Positions 46,354 to 57,174 are shown, counted from the stretch's first letter. The stretch is 64,000 nucleotides of DNA from Candidatus Shapirobacteria bacterium (GCA_030698565.1 JAUYJS010000005.1:154497-218496), one strand, 5' to 3'. Notes: generated from the letters alone by a model not told the origin. A program made the numbers and translations.

Positions 46354-47121
46354 CTAAAAACTATTGATTACTTTTTCTTTTTCAATATTATTTTCAAAAA
46401 ATTGTTTTACGTTTTTATAAAGAACGAACGAGTAGATTAATATCAGTGGATTGTACAAAATTTGAAAAAGCCAAGAGGTTACTGTAAATATTGGTTGATG
46501 TTGCTGCCTAAAGAAGAACAAGACTAGTGCGTTTAAAATAGGCAGTGTCCAAATTCTGGCGAAAATTGAGAAAAAAGCGCTTTTGACATATTTTTTGCTG
46601 ATATTAATTGCTTGCAATATACTTGTATTTTGGTCAATTAAAATATAGGGGGCAAAATAAAACCACGTACTTAAAATAGCTAACGGAAAGACAAATAATA
46701 AGAAACCTCCTAAATTAATAGCAATCAAAAGGAGTGATAAAAACATATAAGGCAACGATCTTTTGTGAGCCATTCTGAGCATTTCATTAAAATCGATTTT
46801 ATTCGAATTACTTTTAGAAATTAAAATAGTAGCTATTCTGTAAGTAGATAAATACAAATACATGATTAATATTAATAAAAAGACTAATAGATAAATTATA
46901 ATAGTTGACCAAATGTTAAAACCAATTAATTTGACAATAGGCCGACCGTAAATCTCTATAAGATCTGGTCCGGAAATATAAAATATATGACCCCACAGAG
47001 AAAATTTAAGTATATTAAAAAGATTTTTTTTGTAAATAAATAAAGATTTTTTAATTAAATCGTTTATTTCTAGTAAAGCGCTAGTATCCTTTTTATTTTG
47101 TAAATTAAAATTATTTATCAC
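46354..47121 (-). CDS. multi-TM membrane protein, paralogous to the 45178 gene
   Basis: Shared DL.K.S...YK, W...APY, SK.YV, Y.N.K motifs. Confidence 0.7.
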   Translation of the reverse strand: MINNFNLQNKKDTSALLEINDLIKKSLFIYKKNLFNILKFSLWGHIFYISGPDLIEIYGRPIVKLIGFNIWSTIIIYLLVFLLILIMYLYLSTYRIATILISKSNSNKIDFNEMLRMAHKRSLPYMFLSLLLIAINLGGFLLFVFPLAILSTWFYFAPYILIDQNTSILQAINISKKYVKSAFFSIFARIWTLPILNALVLFFFRQQHQPIFTVTSWLFQILYNPLILIYSFVLYKNVKQFFENNIEKEKVINSF

Positions 47122-47203
47122 GAGTAAGTTTTGCGGTTATATTCATTACTTTATAATTTATTTCTTATAAGAATTTATATTATTTTTACATAAAAGTAAA
47201 CAA

Positions 47204-47227
47204 AAAGACTCCCGGATGGGAGTCTTT
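47204..47227 (-). terminator. intrinsic terminator of the ribosomal cluster
   Basis: AAAGACTCCC-ggat-GGGAGTCTTT with U-tract on the minus strand. Confidence 0.85.
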
Positions 47228-47247
47228 GAAATTCCAATAAAAATAGA

Positions 47248-47655
47248 TTAACGCTTTGGAGATTGCTTTTGGCGTCGGGCTTTACCACCAGTACCAACCA
47301 TTCTTCTTTCTCTAACTCTAGAATCTACAGTCAAAAGCCCGGCAGCACGAAGAAGTGGTCCGAAATCGGCTTCATCCTTCTTTAAAGCTCGGGCAACAGC
47401 CAAAACTAAAGCTTCAAGCTGGCCATTTTTACCACCACCACTGATTTTAGCAGTGAAGTGATATTTATCCATGGTTTTTGTAGTAGAAAAAGGTTTATCT
47501 AAATTAATTTTAAGGGTAGAACCGGGAAAATACTTATCAGCAACTAGATCGTTGACCAGTGATTCGCCTTTACCTTTGTATAATTTAATAGTGGCAACAG
47601 CAGATTTGCGTCTACCAATGGCATAAATGTAAATATTTGGTGTTTTTTTAACCAT
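47248..47655 (-). CDS. rpsI: 30S ribosomal protein S9
   Basis: GRRKSAVA, GGG..GQ, QSPKR. Confidence 0.96.
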   Translation of the reverse strand: MVKKTPNIYIYAIGRRKSAVATIKLYKGKGESLVNDLVADKYFPGSTLKINLDKPFSTTKTMDKYHFTAKISGGGKNGQLEALVLAVARALKKDEADFGPLLRAAGLLTVDSRVRERRMVGTGGKARRQKQSPKR

Positions 47656-47656
47656 A

Positions 47657-48082
47657 TTATTTTTTAGTTAGTTTGTCAGCGTAATCATGTTCGCTGCCTA
47701 CAAAAATTTTTAACCGAGTCATTCTTCTGTCTCTTAACTTATTTTTTGGAAGCATGCCATGTACACCATGCTCAATTACTTTACGTGGATCTTTTTTGAG
47801 AAGTTCTGCAAAAGTTAATTCTTTTAAATGGCCAGCCCAAGCAGTGTGATGATAATAAATTTTATCAGTAGCTTTCTTGCCAGTTACTTGAATCTCAGCA
47901 GCATTGATAGCGATTACATAATCACCATCATCGCGATGATACGAAAAATCAAGCTTGTCTTTACCCATTAATAATTGGGCAATTTGAGTACAGACACGAC
48001 CTAAGGTTTGACCTTTTAGGTCAATTAAATGCCAAGCTCTTTGGACTTCGCTTCCTTTTTTAACGGTTGTTTTAAATTTCAT
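47657..48082 (-). CDS. rplM: 50S ribosomal protein L13
   Basis: WHLID...TLGR, GMLPKN. Confidence 0.96.
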   Translation of the reverse strand: MKFKTTVKKGSEVQRAWHLIDLKGQTLGRVCTQIAQLLMGKDKLDFSYHRDDGDYVIAINAAEIQVTGKKATDKIYYHHTAWAGHLKELTFAELLKKDPRKVIEHGVHGMLPKNKLRDRRMTRLKIFVGSEHDYADKLTKK

Positions 48083-48540
48083 TTTTTCTCCTTTTTGATC
48101 TTCTTAACCTTAGTTGCAACCTTGGCTTTAACTGTTTTTTTCTTTGGTTCTTCGACTACTTTTTTGATAATTTTGAAGTCAACTGGTTTAATAAAAGCGA
48201 GTTTGACAATTAAGGAATCGTCCCCCATTCTTCTTTTAATTTTGATTACTTTGGTAAAGTTAGATGTTTGGCCTTCAAAAACAGATTTGAAAGATGAGAC
48301 GACAGTATTGACCCAGGTTTGATCCTGAAGATGGCGGAAAAGTTCCCTTTTGGCTGTTAGTTCTGGTTTACTCATGATTGTCGAGGACAATCTCTCAATT
48401 AGAGGAATAACCGCTTTGGCCTTAGCTTCGGTAGTTTCAATACCACCATGAGTAAATATATTCCTGGTTAAAGAACGAAGAAGAGCTTGGCGTTCATGAT
48501 GATTGCGGCTTAATTTTTTGCCGAAAATACGATGATTCAT
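48079..48540 (-). CDS. rplQ: 50S ribosomal protein L17
   Basis: KKLSR, IETTEAKAK, RMGD. Confidence 0.95.
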   Translation of the reverse strand: MNHRIFGKKLSRNHHERQALLRSLTRNIFTHGGIETTEAKAKAVIPLIERLSSTIMSKPELTAKRELFRHLQDQTWVNTVVSSFKSVFEGQTSNFTKVIKIKRRMGDDSLIVKLAFIKPVDFKIIKKVVEEPKKKTVKAKVATKVKKIKKEKK

Positions 48541-48543
48541 AAT

Positions 48544-49461
48544 TTATTTCCAAGTAAAGCCCTTCTCTTTGAGCCAAGAATCAATAATCTTTAATGATTT
48601 TTCACCGACATTTTTAGCTTTACTAACTTCCAATCTACCAGCTTTAATTAAAGCGTCGATGGTAGGATAACCGGCTTTTTTGAGTGCATTGGTGACTCGT
48701 AGGGGTAATTCAATTTCTTCAATTGAAATATCGGTACCAGGAGCAGTTGGATTGGAGTCGATAGTGATTACTTCAGAATCAAACTCTTTAGGATCAACTA
48801 TTTGACCGAAAGAAAAAATTAAATCTTTGGCAGCCATCTTGAGGGCTGTTAATGGTTCGACTGAACCATCGGTCCAAATATCTAAAGTCAATTTGTCATA
48901 ATTAGATTTTTTACCTAAACGAGTTGGTTCAACAACATAGTTAACTTTGGTGACTGGAGTAAAAGTAGCATCTAAAATGATTTCACCGACTACATCTGTT
49001 TTTTGCTCCTTGGCCATGGTGTAACCAACTCCCCTTTCGACGATTATGTCCATATCAATGGATGATTTGGAATCGCTTAGGGTAGCAATGTGCTGTTCTG
49101 GATTAGCAACTTTACAAAGTGCACTGTTTTCAATATCGGCAGCAGTAACTTCACCTGATCCTTTTTTCCCTAAATGGATAGTCAAAGGTTCATCTCTATT
49201 ATAAATAAATTTAATTTTCTTTAAATTTAAGGAAATCTCGACGAGATCTTCTTTGACACCCGGAAGAGTAGTGAAAAGATGATTGGCGCCGTCAACTCTG
49301 ATACGAGTGATAGCTGCACCGGGAATTGTAATCAAAAGAACTCGACGAAGACTGTTGCCGAGTGTGTGACCAAAACCGCCAACTAACGGGCTTAATTCGA
49401 ATTTGCCGTAAGCATTAGTAGATTTTACTGTTTTGACATTAAATTTGCTTGTGTCTATCAT
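48544..49461 (-). CDS. rpoA: RNA polymerase alpha subunit
   Basis: GFGHTLGNSLRRVLL, GVKED, YDKLTLDIWTDG. Confidence 0.97.
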   Translation of the reverse strand: MIDTSKFNVKTVKSTNAYGKFELSPLVGGFGHTLGNSLRRVLLITIPGAAITRIRVDGANHLFTTLPGVKEDLVEISLNLKKIKFIYNRDEPLTIHLGKKGSGEVTAADIENSALCKVANPEQHIATLSDSKSSIDMDIIVERGVGYTMAKEQKTDVVGEIILDATFTPVTKVNYVVEPTRLGKKSNYDKLTLDIWTDGSVEPLTALKMAAKDLIFSFGQIVDPKEFDSEVITIDSNPTAPGTDISIEEIELPLRVTNALKKAGYPTIDALIKAGRLEVSKAKNVGEKSLKIIDSWLKEKGFTWK

Positions 49462-49475
49462 AGTTAGTCTCCTTT

Positions 49476-50108
49476 TTATCTTGAATAATATTCAATAATT
49501 AAATTTAAATCTATACCATTGTTGACTTCATCCTTGTTTGGTAATGAAATAACAGTGGCAGTGTAATTTTGTTTGTTGAGATCTAGCCAAGTAGCGGCTT
49601 TAAAGTCTTTTTCAGCCATAGGCATTTTGTCTTGATATTGAGTTAATGCTTTTGATTTTAAAGAAACAACGTCGCCGACCTTAATTTCATAGGAAGGAAT
49701 ATTGATTAGTTTTCCGTTTACTAAAATGTGTTTGTGGCTAATGATTTGCTTAGCTGCTGACCTGGAAGAGACCAAGCCAGATATATAAACTATATTATCC
49801 AATCTTCTTTCCAAAAGAACAATCAAATTATCACCAACTAAACCTTTTATTTTTTTAGCTTTAGTATAGTAATTTTTGAATTGAGTTTCCTGTACACCAT
49901 AAATTCTTTTGGCTTTTTGCTTGGCACGAAGCTGGATGCCGTAATCGGTTGGCTTGGAGGAAGATTTAATACCGTGCATACCGGGCTTTACTGCGCCTTT
50001 CTTTTCGATCGGGCATTTGGCAGATAAACATCTGGCACCTTTAAGATAAAGTTTAGTGCCTTCTGTTCGGCATAATCTACATTTTGAATGAAGTGTAATT
50101 CTGGACAT
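49476..50108 (-). CDS. rpsD: 30S ribosomal protein S4
   Basis: CRLCR.EG.KLYLKG.RC, LERRLDN, IIEYYSR. Confidence 0.97.
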   Translation of the reverse strand: MSRITLHSKCRLCRTEGTKLYLKGARCLSAKCPIEKKGAVKPGMHGIKSSSKPTDYGIQLRAKQKAKRIYGVQETQFKNYYTKAKKIKGLVGDNLIVLLERRLDNIVYISGLVSSRSAAKQIISHKHILVNGKLINIPSYEIKVGDVVSLKSKALTQYQDKMPMAEKDFKAATWLDLNKQNYTATVISLPNKDEVNNGIDLNLIIEYYSR

Positions 50109-50114
50109 ATGTTT

Positions 50115-50513
50115 TTATACTCTTCTTTGTTTTGGAGGTCGGGGACCATTGTGAGGTACTGGAGTGATGTCTGAAATCATGTCGACATCGAAATCTCTTT
50201 TAATCCTCAAAAAGCGGAGAGCGGCATCACGGCCAACCCCTGGACCTTTTATATAAACAGCTAACTTTTTAACACCATGTTTTTTGGATTCATCTAAAGC
50301 TTTCTCTATGGCAGTTGTAGCTGCAAATGGAGTAGATTTACGTGCTCCTTTGAAACCGCAATTACCAGAACTGGACCAGGCAAGAACGTTGCCTTTGACA
50401 TCAGTAACAGTAACAATAGTATTGTTGAATGTAGATTTTATGTAAAGCCGGGCTTCAGCCAAGTTTTTGAAAATTTTCTTTTTTATTACTTTAGTTGTAG
50501 TAGTTTCGTTCAT
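50115..50513 (-). CDS. rpsK: 30S ribosomal protein S11
   Basis: STFNNTI, GFKGARKSTPFAA, TPVPHNG. Confidence 0.97.
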   Translation of the reverse strand: MNETTTTKVIKKKIFKNLAEARLYIKSTFNNTIVTVTDVKGNVLAWSSSGNCGFKGARKSTPFAATTAIEKALDESKKHGVKKLAVYIKGPGVGRDAALRFLRIKRDFDVDMISDITPVPHNGPRPPKQRRV

Positions 50514-50527
50514 AATTTATGTTTAAT

Positions 50528-50947
50528 TTATTTATTTTCAGTATTACTAGCAGCCTTTTGCTGAGCTTCAATTTTTGCCCAAGCTTCCTTGGTAAGTGAA
50601 CCGATTGTTTTTCTTTTACCTTTTCTAGTACGAGAATTAGTTTTGGTTCTTTGACCTCTGGCTGGCAGACCGACTATGTGGCGGATACCACGATAACTTT
50701 TAATAGCTTTTAAACGTTCAATATTTTCTCTAATTTCTCTTTTAAGATCGCCTTCTATTTTAAAAGTTTCTAGGGCTTTCATTATATTTCCGATGTCATC
50801 GCGAGAAAGATCTTTGATTCTAGTGTCTAAATTAACATTGGCTAATTTGGCCAAACTTTTGACATTGGTTTTGCCAATACCGAAAATTCGGGTTAACCCG
50901 ATTTCAGATCTTTCATTGTCAGGAATTTCTATACCTATAATTCTCAT
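50528..50947 (-). CDS. rpsM: 30S ribosomal protein S13
   Basis: MRIIGIEIP start; YRGIRH..GLP.RGQRTKTNSRTRKG. Confidence 0.96.
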   Translation of the reverse strand: MRIIGIEIPDNERSEIGLTRIFGIGKTNVKSLAKLANVNLDTRIKDLSRDDIGNIMKALETFKIEGDLKREIRENIERLKAIKSYRGIRHIVGLPARGQRTKTNSRTRKGKRKTIGSLTKEAWAKIEAQQKAASNTENK

Positions 50948-50951
50948 GATT

Positions 50952-51065
50952 TTAACCCTGTTTTTGGGTGTGTCTTTTAGTAGAACAAATAACTCTCTTG
51001 ACACCCTTTCGGATGACGATTTTACAATTTTTACATCGACGTTTAACGCTAGATTTTACTTTCAT
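50952..51065 (-). CDS. rpmJ: 50S ribosomal protein L36 (not in ORF track)
   Basis: [37 protein letters not shown]. Confidence 0.95.
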   Translation of the reverse strand: MKVKSSVKRRCKNCKIVIRKGVKRVICSTKRHTQKQG

Positions 51066-51122
51066 AGGAATGCTTGGATATTGTAACCTAAAATTGTTTC
51101 AATATCAAAGACCAAATTTCGA

Positions 51123-51329
51123 TTAAGTTCTATAGACAATACGACCTTTGTCTCCTTCTGGACTTAGTACCATAGAAACAGAGTCTCCTGCCATAACCCG
51201 AATATGGTTCATTCTCAATTTTCCGGCTAAATGGGCAATTATTACTTTTTCGTTTTCTAATTTTACCCGAAAAAGATAATTGGGTAAGACTTCTGTCACC
51301 AGACCTCTATGTGTTGGCTCGTTCTGCAT
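51123..51329 (-). CDS. infA: translation initiation factor IF-1
   Basis: [30 protein letters not shown]. Confidence 0.96.
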   Translation of the reverse strand: MQNEPTHRGLVTEVLPNYLFRVKLENEKVIIAHLAGKLRMNHIRVMAGDSVSMVLSPEGDKGRIVYRT

Positions 51330-51952
51330 TAATTGTTTAATTGATTAATTAATAATGGTGATTTTACAGTTTCCTTTATGTTTTGGCAAATGTCATTAAA
51401 AATTAGTTCTGTTGGCTGATTGCCATCGATAGTAATTAGTAGTTTTTCTTGATTAAAATAATCTAATATTGGTTCAATGGTTGCTTGATAAGATTTAAAC
51501 CTTTGGGCAATAGCTTCTTCTGTTTCGTCGGTCCGACCATGATCAGAAAAAGTTTGTCCGACTTTCTTTTTTAACTGGCGTCTTTTGATTATTTCTTCAG
51601 GATCAATGTCGATATGGAAAAGTGCTGAAATTTTTTGATCCTTAGATTCCAGATACTTTTGAATAATAATCCCCTGCTCTAAAACTCTAGGGAAACCATC
51701 GACAACAAAATTAAAATTATTTATTTGATCTAGTTTTTTTGTAAGAATATTAATGGCGACTTTGTTTGGTACCCAAGTGCCTTTATCGATATAGGGTTTG
51801 GCCATTTGACCAAGTCGGGTGTTGATAGCAATTTCATCTCGTAAAAGTTGCCCCATAGAAATATGAATTAAATTGTATTTCTCAGACAACATTCTACCTT
51901 GAGTACTTTTGCCACAACCAGAGGGGCCAATAATAAATAGGTTTAATTTCAT
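51329..51952 (-). CDS. adk: adenylate kinase
   Basis: [15 protein letters not shown]; follows secY. Confidence 0.9.
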   Translation of the reverse strand: MKLNLFIIGPSGCGKSTQGRMLSEKYNLIHISMGQLLRDEIAINTRLGQMAKPYIDKGTWVPNKVAINILTKKLDQINNFNFVVDGFPRVLEQGIIIQKYLESKDQKISALFHIDIDPEEIIKRRQLKKKVGQTFSDHGRTDETEEAIAQRFKSYQATIEPILDYFNQEKLLITIDGNQPTELIFNDICQNIKETVKSPLLINQLNN

Positions 51953-51953
51953 A

Positions 51954-53234
51954 TTAATAAGTCAATTTTTCGTAATTATAGGTTTGAACGACGTTTTCTA
52001 TTTTTCTAGTTAATTCAATAACAACAGAAACGACAATTAAGACACTGGTTCCACCAATAGTTAATGTGGTGACACCTGTAATTTTTTCGACAACGGAAGG
52101 CATAACTGCTATGGCTCCCAAGAATACAGCTCCAATGAAAACTACTCTGTTTATCAAATACTGAAGGCGTTTTTCAGTAGCAATTCCTGGGCGGATACCG
52201 GGCACAAATCCACCAGATTTTCTTAATTCATTAGCAACATCTTTGGGCTTGAAGATTACTGAGGTGTAAAAAAAGGTAAAACCAAGAACCATAAGAAAAT
52301 AAAAAATCATATAAAAGTAGCTGTCAGTTCTAAACCATCTGGATAAATTTAGAGCAACAGAAGAAATTATGGGATTGCTGACACTACTTAGAGATTGACC
52401 TAAAATTGAGGGAATGGTGACCAAGGAAACAGCAAAAATGATTGGCATAACACCGGCAGTATTTACTTTGATAGGCAAATAGGTAGTTTGGCCACGATTG
52501 GCGTAGTTAATAGGAATGCGTAAAACAGCTTCTTCGACTAATACTATACCTAATATGAGGAAAAAAGCTAAAACCATAAAAATAACTATATTCATGGTTG
52601 TTTGGGGATTGGAAAAATCTGAGGTAGCAAAAGTCTGGAAAGCACTAACAGGCAACCGAGCGATGATACCGGCAAATATTAACATAGAAATTCCATTACC
52701 TACACCATAGTTATTGATAAGTTCACCAAAAAAAATCATGATCATTGTACCAGCTAACATAGTAGCGATCATGCCTACCAAGGTTAAAGGTGAAAGATTA
52801 CTGATTATATTTTGCGATCTTAGAATGCCATACATACCTATTGATTGAATAATTGATAGTGGAATAGTGGCAATACGGGTATATTGATTGATTTTGGCCC
52901 GACCATATTCGCCTTCTTTACTTAGCTCTTCTAATGAAGGAACGACTAAGGTTAAAAGCTGCATCATAACTGAGGCGTTGATATAGGGGTTAAGGCCTAA
53001 AGCGGCAATGGAAAAATTAGCCAATGTGCCACCGGAAAAAATATCTAAAAGAGACAATAATTGATTTTGATTAAAAAAACTGCGAAGTAAATCTAAATTA
53101 ACACCAGGAACTGGAATATAAGCAATGAATCGAAAAAGTATTAATATTCCTAAAGTAAAAATTATTTTTTGACGAAGGATGGGTGTTTTTAGACCCTCGA
53201 GATATAAAGACAGGGTTTTAACAATCCGATTCAT
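51954..53234 (-). CDS. secY: preprotein translocase SecY
   Basis: [45 protein letters not shown]. Confidence 0.97.
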   Translation of the reverse strand: MNRIVKTLSLYLEGLKTPILRQKIIFTLGILILFRFIAYIPVPGVNLDLLRSFFNQNQLLSLLDIFSGGTLANFSIAALGLNPYINASVMMQLLTLVVPSLEELSKEGEYGRAKINQYTRIATIPLSIIQSIGMYGILRSQNIISNLSPLTLVGMIATMLAGTMIMIFFGELINNYGVGNGISMLIFAGIIARLPVSAFQTFATSDFSNPQTTMNIVIFMVLAFFLILGIVLVEEAVLRIPINYANRGQTTYLPIKVNTAGVMPIIFAVSLVTIPSILGQSLSSVSNPIISSVALNLSRWFRTDSYFYMIFYFLMVLGFTFFYTSVIFKPKDVANELRKSGGFVPGIRPGIATEKRLQYLINRVVFIGAVFLGAIAVMPSVVEKITGVTTLTIGGTSVLIVVSVVIELTRKIENVVQTYNYEKLTY

Positions 53235-53683
53235 TATTCTATATTACCACCCGCTGCTGTAATTTTCTTTTGAGCTTCTTTGGAAACTAAAATTCCTTTA
53301 AAGTTAATAATCTTGGTAATTTCACCGGAAGATAATACCTTTAACATTGCCCTAGATTCAAGTTTACTTAACTTAGCTCTTTTAGCTAATGTAACTGAAT
53401 CGACTGTTTCGTCTTTTTTAAATAATTTGTCAATTTGAGATAAACTAAAAACAACATTTTGACTTCGGGAATTTAATCTGTGCTTGCCTCTCAAAAATGG
53501 TAATCTTTTGATCCAGCCTTTTTTGATTTTGGTTCCATCAAAAGTTAATTTTGTTTTGCCTCTAACTTTGTCACCTTTGGCACCACGACCAGTAGTATGA
53601 CCACCGACACCAGAACCAATACCACGACCAAGACGTTTGGTACTTTTAGCGGTAATTTTTTTTAGATTTTTTAAGATTTCCAT
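53234..53683 (-). CDS. rplO: 50S ribosomal protein L15
   Basis: [10 protein letters not shown]...GRG.KG. Confidence 0.95.
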   Translation of the reverse strand: MEILKNLKKITAKSTKRLGRGIGSGVGGHTTGRGAKGDKVRGKTKLTFDGTKIKKGWIKRLPFLRGKHRLNSRSQNVVFSLSQIDKLFKKDETVDSVTLAKRAKLSKLESRAMLKVLSSGEITKIINFKGILVSKEAQKKITAAGGNIE

Positions 53684-53684
53684 A

Positions 53685-54158
53685 TTATTTTTTTAACATC
53701 GAAAGAGCCTTGAGTGTAGCCCAAACATTTAAGGATTTATTTTTTGAACCAATGATTTTACTAACTACATCTTTAATTCCAGCTAATTCAACTACGGCCC
53801 GAACTGGACCGCCGGCGATTAGGCCACTTCCCTGTTTACCTGGTCTAATTAAAACCATGGCTCCTTTAAATTTAAGTTGAATGGCTGCAGATATAGTACC
53901 ATTAACAATAGGGATATTGATCATGGCTTTGTGTGATTTTAGAATTGCCTTTTGAATAGCATCAGCTACGCTTTTGGCTTTACCTAAACCAACTCCAACT
54001 CTGTTTTTTTTATCACCAGAAACGACTAGGGCAGTAAAATGGATTTGATTTCCACCTTTTGTTTTCTTGGACACGCGTTTTATTTCGACAACCTTATCTG
54101 TAAATTCGCTTTCCGGTCTGTCTGGTCTTCTAAAATTTTTGTTTGATTCGTTGTTCAT
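53685..54158 (-). CDS. rpsE: 30S ribosomal protein S5
   Basis: RVSKKTKGG, GSGLIAGG.VRAV.ELAG. Confidence 0.96.
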   Translation of the reverse strand: MNNESNKNFRRPDRPESEFTDKVVEIKRVSKKTKGGNQIHFTALVVSGDKKNRVGVGLGKAKSVADAIQKAILKSHKAMINIPIVNGTISAAIQLKFKGAMVLIRPGKQGSGLIAGGPVRAVVELAGIKDVVSKIIGSKNKSLNVWATLKALSMLKK

Positions 54159-54164
54159 GTGTCT

Positions 54165-54509
54165 TTAAAAATTTAATCCTTTTGACCTGGCACCTTCGGC
54201 GACTGCCTTAACTCGTCCGTGAAAACGGTAAGGACCTCGATCAAATCTAACTTTATTTATCTTTTTATCAATAGCTAAAGCGGCAATAGTCTCGCCAACC
54301 ATAGTTGCTTTTTGAGTTTTTGTTTCTTTACTTTCTTTAATTGTTTTAGTCGAAGCTGAAACTAAGGTTTTGCCATGTTTATCGTCGATTATTTGAGCCC
54401 AAATGTGTTGATTACTTCTGAACACACTAAGACGAGGTACACCTAAATTGTTTGATAGTGAACCTCTAACTCTTTTAGTTCGTCTAATTTTTTGATTTTG
54501 ATTGATCAT
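54165..54509 (-). CDS. rplR: 50S ribosomal protein L18
   Basis: PRLSVFRSN, FDRG..RFHGRV. Confidence 0.96.
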   Translation of the reverse strand: MINQNQKIRRTKRVRGSLSNNLGVPRLSVFRSNQHIWAQIIDDKHGKTLVSASTKTIKESKETKTQKATMVGETIAALAIDKKINKVRFDRGPYRFHGRVKAVAEGARSKGLNF

Positions 54510-54517
54510 GGTAGTTT

Positions 54518-55057
54518 TTAGGCCTTAGCCTTTTTACCTGCTTTAAGTTTAATAAATTCACCAGCATATCTAATACCTTTACCTTTGTATGGTTCTGGTT
54601 TTCTGATTTTTCGAATATTGCTAGCTACTTGACCAACAATTGTTTTGTCGGCTCCAGTTACGGAAACTTTTGTATCTTCTGTAACTTGGAATAGTATACC
54701 TTCGGGAGCAATTATATCAACAGTGTGGATGTAACCAGCATTGACTATAAGTTTATTGCCAGAAAGAGAAGCTTTGTAACCAGTTCCTCTAATTTCCAAT
54801 TCTTTTTTCCAATGAGTAACTACACCTTGAACCATGTTGTTGATATGGGCACGGATGGTTCCATGATTAGCTCTAGTTTTTTTGTCTTCTGAAACTCGAC
54901 TGACAATAACTTGGCCGTCTTTAACTTCCACATTAATTTTTACTGGAAGTTTTAGTTTTAAGTTTCCTTTTGGACCAGAAACATTAACTATATTAGAATC
55001 GACTGCAACAGTGACTCCGACGGGTATATTTATTAGTTGTCTTCCAATTCTTGACAT
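54518..55057 (-). CDS. rplF: 50S ribosomal protein L6
   Basis: MSRIG, PEPYKGKGIRY. Confidence 0.97.
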   Translation of the reverse strand: MSRIGRQLINIPVGVTVAVDSNIVNVSGPKGNLKLKLPVKINVEVKDGQVIVSRVSEDKKTRANHGTIRAHINNMVQGVVTHWKKELEIRGTGYKASLSGNKLIVNAGYIHTVDIIAPEGILFQVTEDTKVSVTGADKTIVGQVASNIRKIRKPEPYKGKGIRYAGEFIKLKAGKKAKA

Positions 55058-55063
55058 AATGGT

Positions 55064-55453
55064 TTACCAAATTTCGGCAATAATTTCTCCACCTAAACCT
55101 TTTTTGGTTGCCTCTTTTTGAGACATTAGGCCAGAAGAAGTAGAAATAATAATTAAAGAATCCTTAGTTTTTCCCCAGGGAAGAGAAGACGATTTTTCAT
55201 ACAATCTTCTACCTGGTTTAGAAAATAATCTAACTTCGGTTACTTTTGGCTGATTGTTGTTGTAAGATAGACTAATAGTCATAGTTTTTTTAATATCTCC
55301 AGTAACTGAATAGTCAGCAATATAGTTATATTTTTTAATTATTTCAGCTAAACTTACTGAATATTTGGAGGCAGGAGCAGAGATACTTTTTCTACTGGCT
55401 CTGTAGCCATTTTTTATTCTAATTAAAAAATCTGATGAGGTTGAGTTAATCAT
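55064..55453 (-). CDS. rpsH: 30S ribosomal protein S8
   Basis: IRIKNG, SKPGRRLY, STSSG, GGE. Confidence 0.96.
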   Translation of the reverse strand: MINSTSSDFLIRIKNGYRASRKSISAPASKYSVSLAEIIKKYNYIADYSVTGDIKKTMTISLSYNNNQPKVTEVRLFSKPGRRLYEKSSSLPWGKTKDSLIIISTSSGLMSQKEATKKGLGGEIIAEIW

Positions 55454-55467
55454 GTTTTTTTATTAAA

Positions 55468-55653
55468 TTACCAACTTGCCTTTTTAACTCCGGGAAGTAA
55501 ACCGGCATTAGCTAACTTACGAAAATCGAGACGACAAATTCCAAAGAGTCTAATAAAACCTCGAGAACGACCACAAATGTGACATCGATTGTGATACCTA
55601 ACTTTAAATTTTAGTTTTTTATATTCACGAACGATTTTTGCTGTTGTTGCCAT
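55468..55653 (-). CDS. rpsN: 30S ribosomal protein S14 (short type Z)
   Basis: [23 protein letters not shown]. Confidence 0.96.
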   Translation of the reverse strand: MATTAKIVREYKKLKFKVRYHNRCHICGRSRGFIRLFGICRLDFRKLANAGLLPGVKKASW

Positions 55654-55656
55654 ATT

Positions 55657-56196
55657 TTATTTTTTTTCAAATCGAAGACCCAGGGCGGATAATAACATTT
55701 TTGCTTCATCTTTTGAAGAGGCATAAATGTTTAAGGTCACCTGGACTGAACGAATTTTAGTGACTTTATCCAAATTTACTTCAGGAAAATAAGTTTGGTC
55801 TTTTATGGTTAAATTATAATTTCCTTTGTCGTCAAATGCGGTGAGTGAAACACCTTTAAAATCGCGTAATCTAGGAAAAACTAAGTTAAATAATTTTTCA
55901 ACAAAATCATACATGCGTTTACCACGTAGGGTAACAACTAAAGCTAAAGGCTCGTTCATTCTTAATTTAAAAGAAGCGACGGCTTTTTTAGCTTTGGCTA
56001 ATCTGGGTTTTTGACCAGTGATAGCCATGATTTCGGCTTCAGCGGCATTCAAAGCTTCCTGACTCTCTCGGGCATCAGATACACGATGATTAATAACGAC
56101 TTTATTGAGACGAGGCAAAGAAAGAGCATTTCTTTTTTTACCTAATTCCTTGATCAAGTTTTCTTTGATGGTTTTATTGACTTGGGTACTTAACAT
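55657..56196 (-). CDS. rplE: 50S ribosomal protein L5
   Basis: ITGQKP, VTLRG, PRLRDFKG. Confidence 0.96.
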   Translation of the reverse strand: MLSTQVNKTIKENLIKELGKKRNALSLPRLNKVVINHRVSDARESQEALNAAEAEIMAITGQKPRLAKAKKAVASFKLRMNEPLALVVTLRGKRMYDFVEKLFNLVFPRLRDFKGVSLTAFDDKGNYNLTIKDQTYFPEVNLDKVTKIRSVQVTLNIYASSKDEAKMLLSALGLRFEKK

Positions 56197-56200
56197 AGTT

Positions 56201-56527
56201 TTATTTTTTAATTTGAACAGAAACTAATACTGCTTGGCATTTTTTGCAGATTCGACTTTTGTCGCCGGCTTTGTCAATTTGATAACCTACTCTGGTAGCT
56301 TTTTTACATTGAGGGCAAATCAAGGCAACTTTACAAACATTCATTGGTCTTTCTTTTTCTATAATACTACCCTTTTGACCTTGAGTTGGTTTGATATGTT
56401 TTTTAAATATATTTAAACCCTTGACTGTTACACGGCTAGATTTTGGAAAACTACGAATAATTTCGCCTTCCCTATTTTTATCTTTACCGATTAATATTTT
56501 AACTTTATCGCCTTTTAAAATTTTCAT
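56201..56527 (-). CDS. rplX: 50S ribosomal protein L24
   Basis: KGDKV.IL.GKDK KOW motif. Confidence 0.96.
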   Translation of the reverse strand: MKILKGDKVKILIGKDKNREGEIIRSFPKSSRVTVKGLNIFKKHIKPTQGQKGSIIEKERPMNVCKVALICPQCKKATRVGYQIDKAGDKSRICKKCQAVLVSVQIKK

Positions 56528-56529
56528 AA

Positions 56530-56898
56530 TTAGTAGACCTCTTTGGCCATTGATGCAATTTTGTTAAACCCAGCATCTTTTATTTCACGAGCGATTGGCC
56601 CAAAGATCCTGGTTCCTCGTGGATTATTTTGAGAATCAATTATAACACCGGCATTATCACTAAAGCGGATATAGGATCCATCGGCTCGACCATATTCTTT
56701 TCTGGTACGGACAATAACCATTTTAACCTTATCCTTCTTTTTGACTAAACTGTTGGGAATAGCCTCTCTGACGACAGCTAAAACCGTATCACCAATAGTA
56801 GCTTTTTTATGGAAAGAACCAGTGTAGACATGAATAACTTGGACAAGTCTGGCTCCGCAATTATCGGCTGGTTTGATTATACTTCTGAGCTGGACCAT
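56530..56898 (-). CDS. rplN: 50S ribosomal protein L14
   Basis: ADNCGA, GTRIFGPIARE. Confidence 0.97.
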   Translation of the reverse strand: MVQLRSIIKPADNCGARLVQVIHVYTGSFHKKATIGDTVLAVVREAIPNSLVKKKDKVKMVIVRTRKEYGRADGSYIRFSDNAGVIIDSQNNPRGTRIFGPIAREIKDAGFNKIASMAKEVY

Positions 56899-56901
56899 AG
56901 T

Positions 56902-57174
56902 TTATAAATGTTTTATTATTTCTAATGTAGTAAATCTTTTGATTTTACTTAATGGTCTAGTTTCTCGAACCAGAACCATATCACCTTCATTGGCCGATAA
57001 ATTATTCTCGGCATAAATTTTACTGCTTTTTTTTATAATTTTTTTGTAAAGCGGATGGCGACTTTTGTATTCCAATTTTACAACAATAGTGTTGGTCATT
57101 TTGTTGGAAACAACTTTACCAGTAAATGTTTTACCGGTTTTACCTGCTTCTTTTTTAATAATTTTATTTTTCAT
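56902..57174 (-). CDS. rpsQ: 30S ribosomal protein S17
   Basis: GKVVSNKM, HPLYKK, ETRPLSK. Confidence 0.96.
   Translation of the reverse strand: MKNKIIKKEAGKTGKTFTGKVVSNKMTNTIVVKLEYKSRHPLYKKIIKKSSKIYAENNLSANEGDMVLVRETRPLSKIKRFTTLEIIKHL

Noticed and set aside
50948-51004. Long N-terminal extension of S13 in the ORF track (similarly HU 33497, rny 35114, DUF3048 28374)
   Set aside because: S13 and DUF3048 extensions overlap upstream genes (rpmJ, DUF4446); downstream ATGs match family starts (S13, HU) or an SD (rny)
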